In this document: one piece after another, positions 1 through 10,399 of the stretch
Numbering within the stretch: the stretch's first letter is position 1
Layout of the letters: the number at the start of each line of letters is the position of its first letter
Assembly: GCA_050309605.1 (NCBI GenBank)
Contig: JBNRMN010000053.1
Span: forward strand, 1-50,728
Reading direction: 5' to 3'
DNA length: 50,728 bases
Source of the DNA: Anaerohalosphaeraceae bacterium
GTDB taxonomy: Bacteria > Planctomycetota > Phycisphaerae > Sedimentisphaerales > Anaerohalosphaeraceae
Translations under genes and position numbers: made by a program
Notes under the pieces: model-generated
What the model was told of the DNA's origin: nothing
What the model saw: the letters and a program-made list of their open reading frames with translations, nothing else
Database searches by the model: none

Positions 1-126
1 TTTTACGCTCAAACAACGCGGATTAAACCCCGTGAATACAGTAAAAGAGGCGCTGAAAATCTATCTCAAAACCGGCCAGCTGCCGGCATTGAAAGAGTTC
101 ACTGCTTCAAATGGCTAAAATCTTAC
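1..126 (+). mobile_element. Right end of an IS66-family insertion sequence (terminal repeat GGCTAAAATCTTAC, 113-126)
   Basis: The transposase tail is followed by ...TTAC, the complement of the GTAA terminus typical of IS66. The PL10 reading frame loses homology exactly at this boundary. Confidence 0.8.
2..118 (+). CDS. 3' end (partial) of an IS66-family transposase (TnpC-like)
   Basis: Frame 2 reads FTLKQRGLNPVNTVKEALKIYLKTGQLPALKEFTASNG*, resembling the C-terminus of IS66-family transposases (TLKxRGxNP...ALxxYLxTGxLP). It is open at the window edge, and the stop codon lies inside the putative terminal repeat. Confidence 0.8.
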   Translation, partial: FTLKQRGLNPVNTVKEALKIYLKTGQLPALKEFTASNG

Positions 127-831
127 CATCAAGAGTCTGAGAATACTGACACTTTCGCCGCCGCTGAGCGAGATCAATTCATAAGAACGTCCGGGACGCG
201 GGGCGTAATCCTTTTCGTCATGCTGGGCGCACCAGACGGTTCTCCGGCCATTAACGATAATCTGGCATTTGAGAATACACTCCAGGCCGTGCTGAAAGGC
301 TGTTTTGGCACGGCTGCGGCGATCGGCATCGACAAATTCATATTGCGGCTCTTCGACAATTTCTTCGAGCAATTCCATCAGCAAGACCATTGCGTTATCG
401 TTAAAGGTAATGTGGCGATGGTACTTTTTGGCCGGCGGGGGATAGTATTGCGGCCAGCCGCCGGTGGGATACTGGGCCTTGATAATCAAATCCAGCCCCT
501 TCTCAAACGCCCGTCGATAACGAAGCTCGCCCGCGGCACGAAACGCCCGCGCCAGCATCCGCATTTCGCCGGTGGTGGCGCCGTTGTCAAACGAACCCTG
601 AAGCAAATCGCGGTCGCCTGAAAAACGTCTGGCGGCGGTATCGATGTTTTTGGGCCAGGAGCCGTGATTATCCTGCCAGCTCAGAATGTTTTCGATGACT
701 TGCTTCCCTTCCTCACCGCGAAACCATTCATCGGGTTTGGCCAGATAGCGTCCCCAGGACGGACGTGCCTGAGCGAGGCCAAAGCACATCAAAAAAGCAA
801 AAATAATTATTTTTTTTGCATTTTTCATCAT
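115..831 (-). pseudogene. Pectate lyase (PL10/PelA family), C-terminally truncated by the IS66 insertion
   Basis: Signal peptide and PL10 motifs GSWPKN, SFDNGAT, GGWPQYYP, ITFNDNAM, WCAQHDE, GRSYE. It is only 238 aa, and the last residues (VRF*) are read from the IS end after ...LRLLM. Confidence 0.8.
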
Positions 832-851
832 ACTTTTCCCTTTTAGACGAT

Positions 852-3800
852 TCAGCGAACCAGCGTAACGCTCATCAGACCAACCACGACCTCATTGGCC
901 AGCGTCCGGAGCGTTAACGACGACAATTCCCTGTCCGGACTGAGGGGAATATCCAGTACCGCAGCCGCCCCGCCGGGAATGGTGCCGCCTTTGCCTTTGA
1001 AATCGGGCCAATCAGCCATTCGAATACGTCCGGTTTTCAACTCCAACCGCGGCGGGATCGGCTCCGGCCGATGAAACGCGAAATCATCAATGAAATAGTC
1101 CTGATCAATCGGCCACCACGTGGTGGGATTGTGCAGAGGCAACTGCTCCGTTTGACCGTCGTCATAGGTTACGATAACCTGCCCGTTGTCGAAACGGCTT
1201 TGCATTGAATTGGTCGATCCGGCCATCAGCAGATACAGATGGCGTGCCTTTCCGGAAAGCGGAATCTGTACGCTGTCCGGGTAATTGTCCCATTGGGAGG
1301 TAAACACAATATTGTCGGCGTCCGGCTCGACAGGCGTCTTGAACAAAATGCCCTGCGGCAGCATCAGCCGACCGTCATTCTCAGCGGCCAGACGCCGCAG
1401 CCCGCTGTCATCCACGTCAAAGGTTCTGGTAAAATTGCACCAACTGCCGATGCCCTGTTTGGGGATCGCCAACGAACCATACGGTGAACGCGGCGTGAGA
1501 TATTCATTTTGGAAAATGTGCGACACTTTGTCGTTAAACAGCAACTCCAGGTCCACCGTCTCCCACGTCAGTGAATCTCGGTCGGGACGCATGTCCCAGT
1601 TAATCACATCGCCCTCGATATCGATCTCGTCGTCCAGTACGACAGCAACGCGATTGGTCCCCGGCGGCAAATGAAACTCCTCCGCTGAAAGCGTAATGGG
1701 TTCGGACTCCCCGAACGCCGCTATCGTGAGCGGTTGTTTGACGGAATTGCCTGCGGATGCAATCACGGCCTGTCCCTGCAGTGCCTTAGCCGTGTTGTTC
1801 CGAACGTAAAAGGTGATGCGGTTTGCCGTTTGGTCGGCCGCGGCGACAATCTCATACGGCGGCCGTATCTCAAACTCAAGCGGCGCCCACCAGCTCATTT
1901 GTCCGTGTCTGACCTGCATGAACGCCGTGCGATGGCCCATCGCCCCCGCCGCCGTCGCTTCCAGAACACACGGCAATAACCGGACATCCTTGAGCAACCG
2001 AATATCTTTCAATGCGTTCTGAGGATCTTTTACGTCAACCAGCTCGGCTTTTCCGGCGGCACGCAGCCGCTCTCCCGCCGCGGCAATCCGCGGGCCGGAA
2101 ATGTGTGCCGGCTGCTCGCCTGTCCAGACTATCTCCACCTCGTACCCATCCGCCGGTTCGCACCGCACCTCAATCCGCGGTCCGCCGACGGCCCGGCCAA
2201 CCGGCTTCCATTCGGCAGCCTTGTCGTTGACCGTGAGACGCTCAATCTCCACCGTCCGCGCCGGTACAATCAGCCGCAGCGCTACCGGCCTGCCAAAGTT
2301 CGGTTTTATCGTATAGGTACTGACTTGTGCTTTTTGTAAATAGGAAAACTCGATATTAGGATGGACAATCTGTGCCGATTCCCATGGTGGAAAGCCCGGT
2401 TCAATGGTCAATTGCCCGTTCAGCACGTCGGGGCGAATGCCGAACAATCCCTCAATGACGGCGCGGGACAGCGCCCCGACCGCATCGCCGAAATCCCGCT
2501 GCGCTTCGCCGCGGGCCGCGTCAAAATACGTCGTCATTCCCGCATTGCCGGGGCACAGCCCCATATACATCCCGTCCAGCACCGCCCCTTTGAACAGGCT
2601 GAAGGCCTTCTCGGCGCGTCCGGCCTGCCAATAGGCCAGCGCAGTATGGGCAACTTCGGCCATAACGACATTGTTGGTCGAGTAGGTATAGGGCATCCAG
2701 TTGGATGTCGGCAGCGTAAAAAAACGGCCTTTGGGAATATCCCGGCCGTGAATCGGGATGTGCGCGATCTGCGTATCGATGTAGCGGGTCATCTGCCAGG
2801 CCTGAAAGGAATCGGCCATCTCCGAATCGATGATGTGATAGATCGACCACAGCCCCGCAGCCGGATGGGTCTGCTGCAAACCGAGCAGGTCTTTGTATTC
2901 GGCATACCAGCCGCGATCGGCCAGCCATAAATACCGCTGCATCGCCGTGTTAATCCATTCCGCTTCCTGTCTGAACGGAGCGGGGTCTTTGCCCAGCCGT
3001 TCGGCCAGGTCGGCAAACCAGCGAAAATGATACGCATTATACGCCGAGGTATAAGCAACTCCGCCGCCGTTGAACTGCATATCGTCACTGGCCCAGATCG
3101 CGGCGTAGGCCTCATACAACGGCAGCTTGTCCGGGCCGAACGGACGGCGAAACAGCCGCTGCTGCCAATCCACATGCCGCTCGATAACCGGCCAGAGCCG
3201 CTCGGCCAGCTCCAGATCGCCCGTCCAGAACAGATGCCGCAGCAATGTATCCATATAAATCAGATTCATATCGTAATGCTTGCCGCCGATATCGCCGTTG
3301 GTTTGTTTGAACGGATGACTTCGCGCATAGTTGGCCTCAGGATCCGGGCCGAGAACCTTCTCGGGAACAGGGTCGGTGTTTTGGCGACGCGCCCAGTCGG
3401 TCAGATGGCCGCGACTCCGGTCGTGCCAGCCCAAGGCGTCGTTGGCATACGGGCCGCGCCAGCCGGGATATCGCGAGCGCCACGCCACTGCGCCGTGCAT
3501 GACCGACCCCTGACGGTCGTCCCAGAGGGCATCGGTCGCCACACACAGCGCCGCAACGGCGGCGTTGATGAACGGATCAGGCGTGTGCACCACGACGCGC
3601 TCGGCAATGGCTTGGCGCTGTTGTTCACAATCGGCAAAGATTTCGGGCAGTTCCTCGGCCGCAAACGGTGATCCGGATTCGCCGATGCGTTTGATGGCCA
3701 AATAAGCCGACTCGTTGGCGGCAATCGACATTGAGGCGACCAGCACCGGGTATTCGGTCGGCTGTCCGGCTGAATTCATCAGTGCCGCCGGGTCGTCCCA

Positions 3801-4541
3801 CTGTGCCGCATCGGCCACAGCAAGTTGTGCAGAGGGCGGCAGCGTTCCGGCCAGGGTGGCGATTCGGCTTGTCAAAATAAACGCATGTCCGTCCAGTGCA
3901 AATTCATTGCCGTGGCAGTTGTCCGGGCGAAGCTGGAAAAACCGGCTGATTGGTTCGGATTCACAGCCGATGTCGCCGCTGCGGGCGCCGCGTTTGCCGC
4001 CCGCCCCGCCGAACGCGACCAGCCATTCAAGCGGCTCGGTTGTACCGTATTGCTCGATGTGCACGATCAGCCCTTCGGCGTCATACAATCCAATCATCGA
4101 CAGTGTTAGCACGGCATCGCCCAGTCGGGAGTCGGTGACCTGGTAGATCATGGCCCCGGGACGGTAGCGGGCGACGATGCGCTCGGCCTGATGCAGCCAG
4201 AAAACGCCGCTTGCGATACGAATAGCAAACCTGAGATTGCCCGCCTGGCCGGGGGCGTACAGCGACACTTCCGGCATATCGCCCGCATCGGCACGAAAGG
4301 CCGTGTTGCCGCCGTACAGAGGACGATTGTAAAACTCGCCGCCGTTGACGGTCACAAAATCCAGCCCGCGGGGTCGATAGCGAAGCGGGCGAGCGGTGTT
4401 TTCAGCAAAGGTCGGACGATCCACCGTCAGCCGTTCGGGGGGATTGTAGGCCGGCGCCGTTCCGTTGGCGATGAAACCGACCAACAGAGGCCATAACAAA
4501 ATCAAAACACGCATCCACGACATCGTTTGAATTTTAACCAC
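852..4541 (-). CDS. DUF4450-domain secreted glycoside hydrolase-like protein (possibly GH139-related, RG-II acting)
   Basis: N-terminal LRYRPRG...YNRPLYGGNTAFRADAGD motif typical of DUF4450, with a probable (alpha/alpha)6 core (HGAVAWR...GWRGPY, WASDD). The start is placed at a GTG after AGGAG. The GH139 link is from recall and uncertain. Confidence 0.7.
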   Translation of the reverse strand: MVKIQTMSWMRVLILLWPLLVGFIANGTAPAYNPPERLTVDRPTFAENTARPLRYRPRGLDFVTVNGGEFYNRPLYGGNTAFRADAGDMPEVSLYAPGQAGNLRFAIRIASGVFWLHQAERIVARYRPGAMIYQVTDSRLGDAVLTLSMIGLYDAEGLIVHIEQYGTTEPLEWLVAFGGAGGKRGARSGDIGCESEPISRFFQLRPDNCHGNEFALDGHAFILTSRIATLAGTLPPSAQLAVADAAQWDDPAALMNSAGQPTEYPVLVASMSIAANESAYLAIKRIGESGSPFAAEELPEIFADCEQQRQAIAERVVVHTPDPFINAAVAALCVATDALWDDRQGSVMHGAVAWRSRYPGWRGPYANDALGWHDRSRGHLTDWARRQNTDPVPEKVLGPDPEANYARSHPFKQTNGDIGGKHYDMNLIYMDTLLRHLFWTGDLELAERLWPVIERHVDWQQRLFRRPFGPDKLPLYEAYAAIWASDDMQFNGGGVAYTSAYNAYHFRWFADLAERLGKDPAPFRQEAEWINTAMQRYLWLADRGWYAEYKDLLGLQQTHPAAGLWSIYHIIDSEMADSFQAWQMTRYIDTQIAHIPIHGRDIPKGRFFTLPTSNWMPYTYSTNNVVMAEVAHTALAYWQAGRAEKAFSLFKGAVLDGMYMGLCPGNAGMTTYFDAARGEAQRDFGDAVGALSRAVIEGLFGIRPDVLNGQLTIEPGFPPWESAQIVHPNIEFSYLQKAQVSTYTIKPNFGRPVALRLIVPARTVEIERLTVNDKAAEWKPVGRAVGGPRIEVRCEPADGYEVEIVWTGEQPAHISGPRIAAAGERLRAAGKAELVDVKDPQNALKDIRLLKDVRLLPCVLEATAAGAMGHRTAFMQVRHGQMSWWAPLEFEIRPPYEIVAAADQTANRITFYVRNNTAKALQGQAVIASAGNSVKQPLTIAAFGESEPITLSAEEFHLPPGTNRVAVVLDDEIDIEGDVINWDMRPDRDSLTWETVDLELLFNDKVSHIFQNEYLTPRSPYGSLAIPKQGIGSWCNFTRTFDVDDSGLRRLAAENDGRLMLPQGILFKTPVEPDADNIVFTSQWDNYPDSVQIPLSGKARHLYLLMAGSTNSMQSRFDNGQVIVTYDDGQTEQLPLHNPTTWWPIDQDYFIDDFAFHRPEPIPPRLELKTGRIRMADWPDFKGKGGTIPGGAAAVLDIPLSPDRELSSLTLRTLANEVVVGLMSVTLVR

Positions 4542-4601
4542 ACGGTTCTCCTGCACATCCACAGCATCCATCCTACACCACAGGCACATTGCAGCATCCT
4601 G

Positions 4602-7076
4602 TCAATTCGCTGCGTCAAGGACGGCCTCGTACTCCAGACAGGCCAGGATAAACGGCCCGACGGCCTTGGGGTCATTGGTGCGAATCTTTTCGCTGATGTA
4701 GTACTCATACGAGCCGTCGCGGTACGGGTTTCCGCCCAGCCCGGCCACTTCGCAGCCTTTGTGCAGATGCACCTGACCGTCGTCGGCCACTTCCACAAAC
4801 TGTTCGAAAATGCCTCGATAGCCTTTTTGGGCCACCTCAATATAGTGCTGCGGGATATAACCGAGCCGCACTGCTTTGAGCATAGCATAAACAAACATTG
4901 AAGAGCAAGAAGATTCGAGGTAGTTACCTTCGGCAGCGGGCAGATTGACCACCTGATACCAGACGCCGGTTTTTTCGTCCTGATGGTCGGCCACGGCCTT
5001 GAGCAGACGATTGAGCACGGCAATGACATCGCCGCGTTTGGGATGATCTTCGGGCAAAAAGTCCAGCGTATCGACCAGCGCCATGGCATACCAACCCATC
5101 GCCCGCCCCCAGAAATGAGGCGACAGGCCCGTTTGCGGATCGGCCCATCGCTGCTGACGTGATTCGTCGTAGCCGTGATACAGCAGCCCCGTTTTATCGT
5201 CGCGGGCGTATTTTTCCATCAGCAGAATCTGATGAGCAACCTCGTCAAACAGTTCCGGCTCATCAAAGACGGTCGCGTATTGCGCCAAAAAGGGCGACCC
5301 CATATACAGCCCGTCCAGCCACATCTGGTGGGGGTAAATTTTTTTGTGCCAAAAACCGCCGGTGCTGATACGCGGATGCGTTTTCATCTGAGTACGCAGC
5401 GTCTCAATGGCGGTGCGATATTTCGGCTTGGGATCATAGAGATACAGATCGATCAGATTTTTGCCGGGGTTGATATTGTCGATATTGTAGGTATTCAGGT
5501 CATACGTGAGAATCTCGCCGTCCTCGGTAATGAGTGTGTCATAGTAGGCCTGCACGTAATCGAGATACGTCTTGTTTCGGGTTTGCATCCCGGCCTGCCA
5601 AATGGGCTTGAGCGCGACACCGACGGCGTATTTCCAGCGCGGCCGGGTAGAAAAATCAATCTGCCACGATTCCGGATTGCGCTGCATCACCGAGCGGATC
5701 ATCCGCTCGGACCACGGGACGGTCTTGCGTTCGGTCACGACAAAGTTTTCAACCGCCTCGGCGATGCCCTCGCGCTGCATATTCTCAAAGACACAATGCG
5801 TCAGGACGACATTGCGAATGGGGCTGCGTTCATAGCCGCGCAGCAGCCATGGATAGCGGCTTTTGTAGCAGCGAACGTTATCCATAAAGATATTTTGCAC
5901 GACCGGATCAAATGCGCCGGCGTCGCCTTCCTGATAATAGAAATTGATCAGCAGCGCCGCTTCGCGGACCTGCTGGATCGTGACGTTTCGCATAAAGATG
6001 TTTTCCACCACGCCGCCGCGGACGGAGTTGGTCTTGATGCGCAGGCCGCGATCCAGATTGGGGCTGTTCATCAGACAGTTCTCAGCAAAGATATTGCGGG
6101 CGCCGCCGGAGATTTCGCTGCCGATGACGACGCCGCCGTGGCCGTCTTTCATCGTGCAGTTGCGAATGATGATGTTTTCGGAGGGGATATTGAGGCGACG
6201 CCCATCGGCGTTGCGGCCGGACTTGACGGCAATGCAGTCGTCGCCGGTATCGAAGTAGCAGTTTTCAATCAGCACATCGCGGCAGGACTCCGGATTGGCG
6301 CCGTCGTTGTTGGGGCCGTGGCCGATGACCGTAACATCGCGAATCGTGATGTTTTGACTCAGCACGGGGTGGATGTGCCACATGGGGCTGTTTTTGACGG
6401 TGACGCCCTCGATCAGGATATTTTTGCAGCGATACGGCTGAATCATGTTGGGACGCAGTTTGTGCCCCAGGCCGTAGCGCCGCTGATCAACGGGGACGTT
6501 GTCCTCGGCCTGTTTGACCAGCGCATCGACATCGGGCTGCTGCGGGCCTTTCCAGAACCACCAATTGGAAAAGTCGGCGTTGCCGTCGAGCGTACCCCGA
6601 CCGGTGATGGCAATGTTTTCCTGTTCAAAGGCATAAACCAGCGGCGAAAAGTTCCAGCATTCGGTTCCTTCAAACCGCGTAAAGACCACCGGCAGATACC
6701 GATGCGGATGGGTGATAAAACTGATGACCGCCCCTTCGGCCAAATGCAGATTGACGTTGCTTTTCAGATGGATCGGTCCGGTCAGAAAAGTTCCCTCCGG
6801 CACGACGATCCGCCCGCCGCCGGCGGTATGACAGGCCTCGATGGCCTTGCGAAAGGCCTCGGTGTTATCGGTTCGGACGTAGGCTCTTGCGCCGAAGTCG
6901 GTAATCAGAAAATCCCCGTCGGGAAAAACCGGCGGCTGGATGCGTTCAAGGATTTCCGGGACCCGCTTCCAGCCGTCCTCGGCCGTCATTGCACCGACCG
7001 GCGAAGCAACGGCAAGGCACAGACACAACCCGCAAAGTATCCATCGCATCATCAGAGTCTCGATCAAGGTTTTCAT
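4602..7076 (-). CDS. GH28 polygalacturonase fused to GH105 unsaturated (rhamno)galacturonyl hydrolase
   Basis: GH28 motifs NNDG, GDD, GHG, RIKT in the N-terminal half; GH105 motifs WHKKIYPHQMWLDGLYMG and FWGRAMGW in the C-terminal half. Signal peptide; GGAG RBS before the ATG at 7076. Confidence 0.92.
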   Translation of the reverse strand: MKTLIETLMMRWILCGLCLCLAVASPVGAMTAEDGWKRVPEILERIQPPVFPDGDFLITDFGARAYVRTDNTEAFRKAIEACHTAGGGRIVVPEGTFLTGPIHLKSNVNLHLAEGAVISFITHPHRYLPVVFTRFEGTECWNFSPLVYAFEQENIAITGRGTLDGNADFSNWWFWKGPQQPDVDALVKQAEDNVPVDQRRYGLGHKLRPNMIQPYRCKNILIEGVTVKNSPMWHIHPVLSQNITIRDVTVIGHGPNNDGANPESCRDVLIENCYFDTGDDCIAVKSGRNADGRRLNIPSENIIIRNCTMKDGHGGVVIGSEISGGARNIFAENCLMNSPNLDRGLRIKTNSVRGGVVENIFMRNVTIQQVREAALLINFYYQEGDAGAFDPVVQNIFMDNVRCYKSRYPWLLRGYERSPIRNVVLTHCVFENMQREGIAEAVENFVVTERKTVPWSERMIRSVMQRNPESWQIDFSTRPRWKYAVGVALKPIWQAGMQTRNKTYLDYVQAYYDTLITEDGEILTYDLNTYNIDNINPGKNLIDLYLYDPKPKYRTAIETLRTQMKTHPRISTGGFWHKKIYPHQMWLDGLYMGSPFLAQYATVFDEPELFDEVAHQILLMEKYARDDKTGLLYHGYDESRQQRWADPQTGLSPHFWGRAMGWYAMALVDTLDFLPEDHPKRGDVIAVLNRLLKAVADHQDEKTGVWYQVVNLPAAEGNYLESSCSSMFVYAMLKAVRLGYIPQHYIEVAQKGYRGIFEQFVEVADDGQVHLHKGCEVAGLGGNPYRDGSYEYYISEKIRTNDPKAVGPFILACLEYEAVLDAAN

Positions 7077-7136
7077 ACATGTCTCCAATTGATTAAACTG
7101 CATTCCATTTACCGGGCAAGCACCTCTGACCTGCCG

Positions 7137-8156
7137 CTATTCAAATTTTGATTCAAGCCGTACCCACTGTCGCTGCTCGGCGGCCTGCCGCGCCGCCAAA
7201 CACTCGTAGGCCAAACGGCACGATTCATTGCGCAACGCGACATCCACCTGCTGCGTTCGAACCGTATCCAAAAACTCACGATAGATCGCTCCATCGCTTT
7301 CAAGTGTTATATCCGAGCAGTCGGCATCGCCGGCTTTCAGCACGCTGCACGTGTGTCGGCTTGCGTTGGCCTGCAAAGCGGCCTTGGTGCCGACCAGCCG
7401 GAGCCAATCGTCGCCCCAGGTCGCCGCATCGGACGGACGACATAAATCGATGCTGATCGTTGCATAAGCGCCGTCGTCCAGTTCCGCCAGCACGACGGCC
7501 TGGTCTTGACAATCCGGGTAATCCGGATGATGCCGATTGGCCTGGGCCGCGGCCAGTGCGATACAGGACGCGCCGGTTACAAAACGGATGATGCTCAGCG
7601 CGTGAACGCCGACCCAGCCGAGCGTATCGCCGTAACAACGACGGTCACCGAACCAGCGAGGCCGTCCGTTCCACTTGTACGATTTTCGTATATTCAGCAC
7701 GACCGCGCGGCCCAACAGGCCGCTGTGATAGAGCGACCGGGCGGTACGAAAAGCCGCCCTGTTTTTCATCGACAGCATTGCCGTCAGATTGACCTTGTAT
7801 TCCGTCACCGCCTGATACAGCCGCTCCAGCGAATTCAGCGACAGCGCTATCGGCTTTTCGCAGATTAAATGACAGCCGCGCCGTGCCGCATCGACGGCAA
7901 CATCGGCAATCAAACCCAGCCGCGTCCCGATCACCGCCACGTCGGGACGGATTGCATCAAGCAGACGCCGATAATCTGAATACCGCTGCGTCTGACCACA
8001 GGCCCGGTGCGCCGCAACAGCGGTAATGTCTTCGCCCTCATAGACCGGTGCACAGGCCGTCATCTCGGCATAGGGATCGTTTTGTATCTCATCCAGAACC
8101 GAACCGATGTGTCCGAAACCGCCGATGACCGCGATTTTCAATGCCTGTTCCTTCAT
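7137..8156 (-). CDS. Gfo/Idh/MocA family NAD(P)-dependent oxidoreductase
   Basis: Rossmann start IAVIGGFGH and the ICEKP motif. Confidence 0.88.
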   Translation of the reverse strand: MKEQALKIAVIGGFGHIGSVLDEIQNDPYAEMTACAPVYEGEDITAVAAHRACGQTQRYSDYRRLLDAIRPDVAVIGTRLGLIADVAVDAARRGCHLICEKPIALSLNSLERLYQAVTEYKVNLTAMLSMKNRAAFRTARSLYHSGLLGRAVVLNIRKSYKWNGRPRWFGDRRCYGDTLGWVGVHALSIIRFVTGASCIALAAAQANRHHPDYPDCQDQAVVLAELDDGAYATISIDLCRPSDAATWGDDWLRLVGTKAALQANASRHTCSVLKAGDADCSDITLESDGAIYREFLDTVRTQQVDVALRNESCRLAYECLAARQAAEQRQWVRLESKFE

Positions 8157-9079
8157 TGCCCTGCTTTGTTCGATGGTTCGGTTCCTGCCGGATGATCCGT
8201 CGCGAGGGCGTCCGACAGCCAGCGTAGGGTCTCCGGCAAATAATTCGGATCATACGTTTCCCACTCGGCAATGCGATGTCCGGCCCCGTCAAGGGTCCGC
8301 AAGACACAGGGCACATCATACGCCTTGAGGGCCGTCTGAAAATTGACGGACTGCGAATACGCAACGCTGGCATCGTTTGTGCCGTGAACCAGCAAAAACG
8401 GCGGCAGCCCGCGATTCAGATGATACCGCGGCGAACAGCGGCGCAGCAGCGCCCGGGCTTGTTCATCCAGGGTCTCAGAACGGCCAAACAGATTTTGCAG
8501 TGACGCACTCAAGCCCCCGCGGCGTTCGCTGTCGGCCTCCAGATCGGTCGGCGCCGCCAGACCGACCACCGCCTGGACGCGCTCGACAGGCGCAGCGGTG
8601 ACCGCGGCGTAAGTCGCCAGATGGCCGCCGGCCGAATAGCCCATCAGTGCGATGCGATTGGGATCTACGGCATACGCGGAGGCATGGGCACGGACCCACC
8701 GAACAGCAGTTTTAACATCCTCGATACAGGCCGGCCAGCGGTGCGTCGGCGCCAGCCGATAACTGATCGAAAATCCGGCCAAACCGGCTCGGCTGAGCGG
8801 TTCAAACCAAAACGCCATATCGTGTCGGTTTCCTCCGCTCCAGCCGCCCCCGTGAACCAATATCACCGCCGGAGACAGGCCGGCGCCGGCGGGAATACAG
8901 GCATCCAGCACGAGGGGGACGCCGTCGGCACAGCCGTATTCAATGGCCTCTAAACAACGTCCAGACGGCTCGGATCGAGCCGTTGTGATGAACCCAACGG
9001 CACATATCATCACCGCCGCACCGCACAGTCTGAATATGAGGTAACCGCTATACACGCTTTTTTGTGATTGAGTCCTCAT
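8153..9079 (-). CDS. Alpha/beta hydrolase, carbohydrate esterase-like (BD-FAE/acetyl esterase type)
   Basis: HGGGW oxyanion motif, GYSAG nucleophile, HGTND and GAGH triad motifs; N-terminal hydrophobic segment. Confidence 0.88.
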   Translation of the reverse strand: MRTQSQKSVYSGYLIFRLCGAAVMICAVGFITTARSEPSGRCLEAIEYGCADGVPLVLDACIPAGAGLSPAVILVHGGGWSGGNRHDMAFWFEPLSRAGLAGFSISYRLAPTHRWPACIEDVKTAVRWVRAHASAYAVDPNRIALMGYSAGGHLATYAAVTAAPVERVQAVVGLAAPTDLEADSERRGGLSASLQNLFGRSETLDEQARALLRRCSPRYHLNRGLPPFLLVHGTNDASVAYSQSVNFQTALKAYDVPCVLRTLDGAGHRIAEWETYDPNYLPETLRWLSDALATDHPAGTEPSNKAGQ

Positions 9080-9125
9080 GGATCATCCATACCGCAAAAT
9101 TCAAATTCCTATATCGTCAAGATGT

Positions 9126-10349
9126 TTATTGCAGGGTCGTTTGTTCGGGCCGGTTGCCCGGGAACCAGGCGTAATCTTTCATCTGAATCGGCTGACCGCT
9201 CCTTGCCCAGGGGATCTGCATCTCAGAAAACAATCGGGATTGCCGATGCGCCTGCTGCATCAGGGGGACAATATCTCGAATCAGGGTTACAGAACGTCCG
9301 TTTTGCGTTGCTTTGACCACATGGGCGGAATCAATATGGACGGTCCGTCCGCTGGAGTCAAATGCCCCGTTGACGCACAAGGTAAACGGCCGACACATCG
9401 CCAGAGGCACTTTGTACAGCCGATTCGTTTCAAACGCTTCGGCTATGTCTCTGAGCATCGTCAGCGACGTATCCGCATCATCGCAAATCCATTCGTCCGT
9501 CCGCCCATCCTGAAAGACAATTCGGGCGCGGTTAAAATCGTGATACTCGATCCGCGCCTGTTCGCACTCAATAACCATCACACAGCGCACCTCCGCGTCC
9601 GAACAAAGCGTGGCGTTGTTGGTGATCACGCAGCCGTTCTCGCAGACAATCCGTACACTGCTGGTATCTTCCGATTCAATGTCGTGCACGCGGTACAATT
9701 CCCCCTGCACGATCAGCGGCATGGCCATTCGCTCCGGCTCGGCGGAGGCCAGAAACAGTGCATTGCTCAGGACATGCGACAGCGGATTGTTCAGCGTGCC
9801 GTCCAGGACCCACTGGCCGCGGGCGGTTTTGACGGCGCCGCACCACGTGGTGCGATTAAAATAATCATCCGGACGCTGCCAGGCGGCCATTGAGCCGATG
9901 CGTTCGACCCGTCCGAATTCGCCTAAAACGATTCGCCGTTTGAGCGTCCGGACGATATAGCTGTACAGATACTGGAACAACACCGCCACCCGTTTGCCGG
10001 AGACCGTCTCCAGCGCGATCAAGGCGTCAAGCTGCTGGATCGTCGGCACCGGCGGCTTTTCGAGAAACACCTCCAGCCCCGCTTTCAGACATCGGCGAGT
10101 ATAGTCATAATGGCTGTCGATGCCGGTAAAGATAAAGACCGCCTCGGCCCTGCCGGCGACGTGTTTGAGCATCGCATCGGCGGTATCGAACACCGGAACG
10201 CCCCGCTCGCGGCACAGGGCGTAGCCGGCCTGGCGGCGCGCCGGATCGCCGCAGACGCCTGTCAGCGTATAGAATCGATCCAGCGAAAAGATACGCTTGA
10301 GCTGATTATAAGCGTGTCCTTCGGTTCCTATGGCAACAACGTTCAACAT
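9126..10349 (-). CDS. Gfo/Idh/MocA family oxidoreductase
   Basis: MLNVVAIG start (shortened to avoid overlap with the upstream gene), FLEKPP, DGTLNNPLSH. Confidence 0.85.
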   Translation of the reverse strand: MLNVVAIGTEGHAYNQLKRIFSLDRFYTLTGVCGDPARRQAGYALCRERGVPVFDTADAMLKHVAGRAEAVFIFTGIDSHYDYTRRCLKAGLEVFLEKPPVPTIQQLDALIALETVSGKRVAVLFQYLYSYIVRTLKRRIVLGEFGRVERIGSMAAWQRPDDYFNRTTWCGAVKTARGQWVLDGTLNNPLSHVLSNALFLASAEPERMAMPLIVQGELYRVHDIESEDTSSVRIVCENGCVITNNATLCSDAEVRCVMVIECEQARIEYHDFNRARIVFQDGRTDEWICDDADTSLTMLRDIAEAFETNRLYKVPLAMCRPFTLCVNGAFDSSGRTVHIDSAHVVKATQNGRSVTLIRDIVPLMQQAHRQSRLFSEMQIPWARSGQPIQMKDYAWFPGNRPEQTTLQ

Positions 10350-10399
10350 CACCGGTCTCGAATAATCTCTGTTGTCATACGGCCCTACAGGCCGTTGTC

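Noticed and set aside
1975..2010. KDIRLL-KDVRLL 6-aa tandem duplication in the DUF4450 protein
   Set aside because: It is a small in-frame duplication with diverged codons and no evident functional signal.
5175..7151. 658-aa plus-strand ORF (likewise 31634-33538, 38621-39832, 42229-43557, 44491-45882, 49110-50117)
   Set aside because: These are antisense shadows of well-supported genes in GC-rich DNA, with no recognisable motifs.
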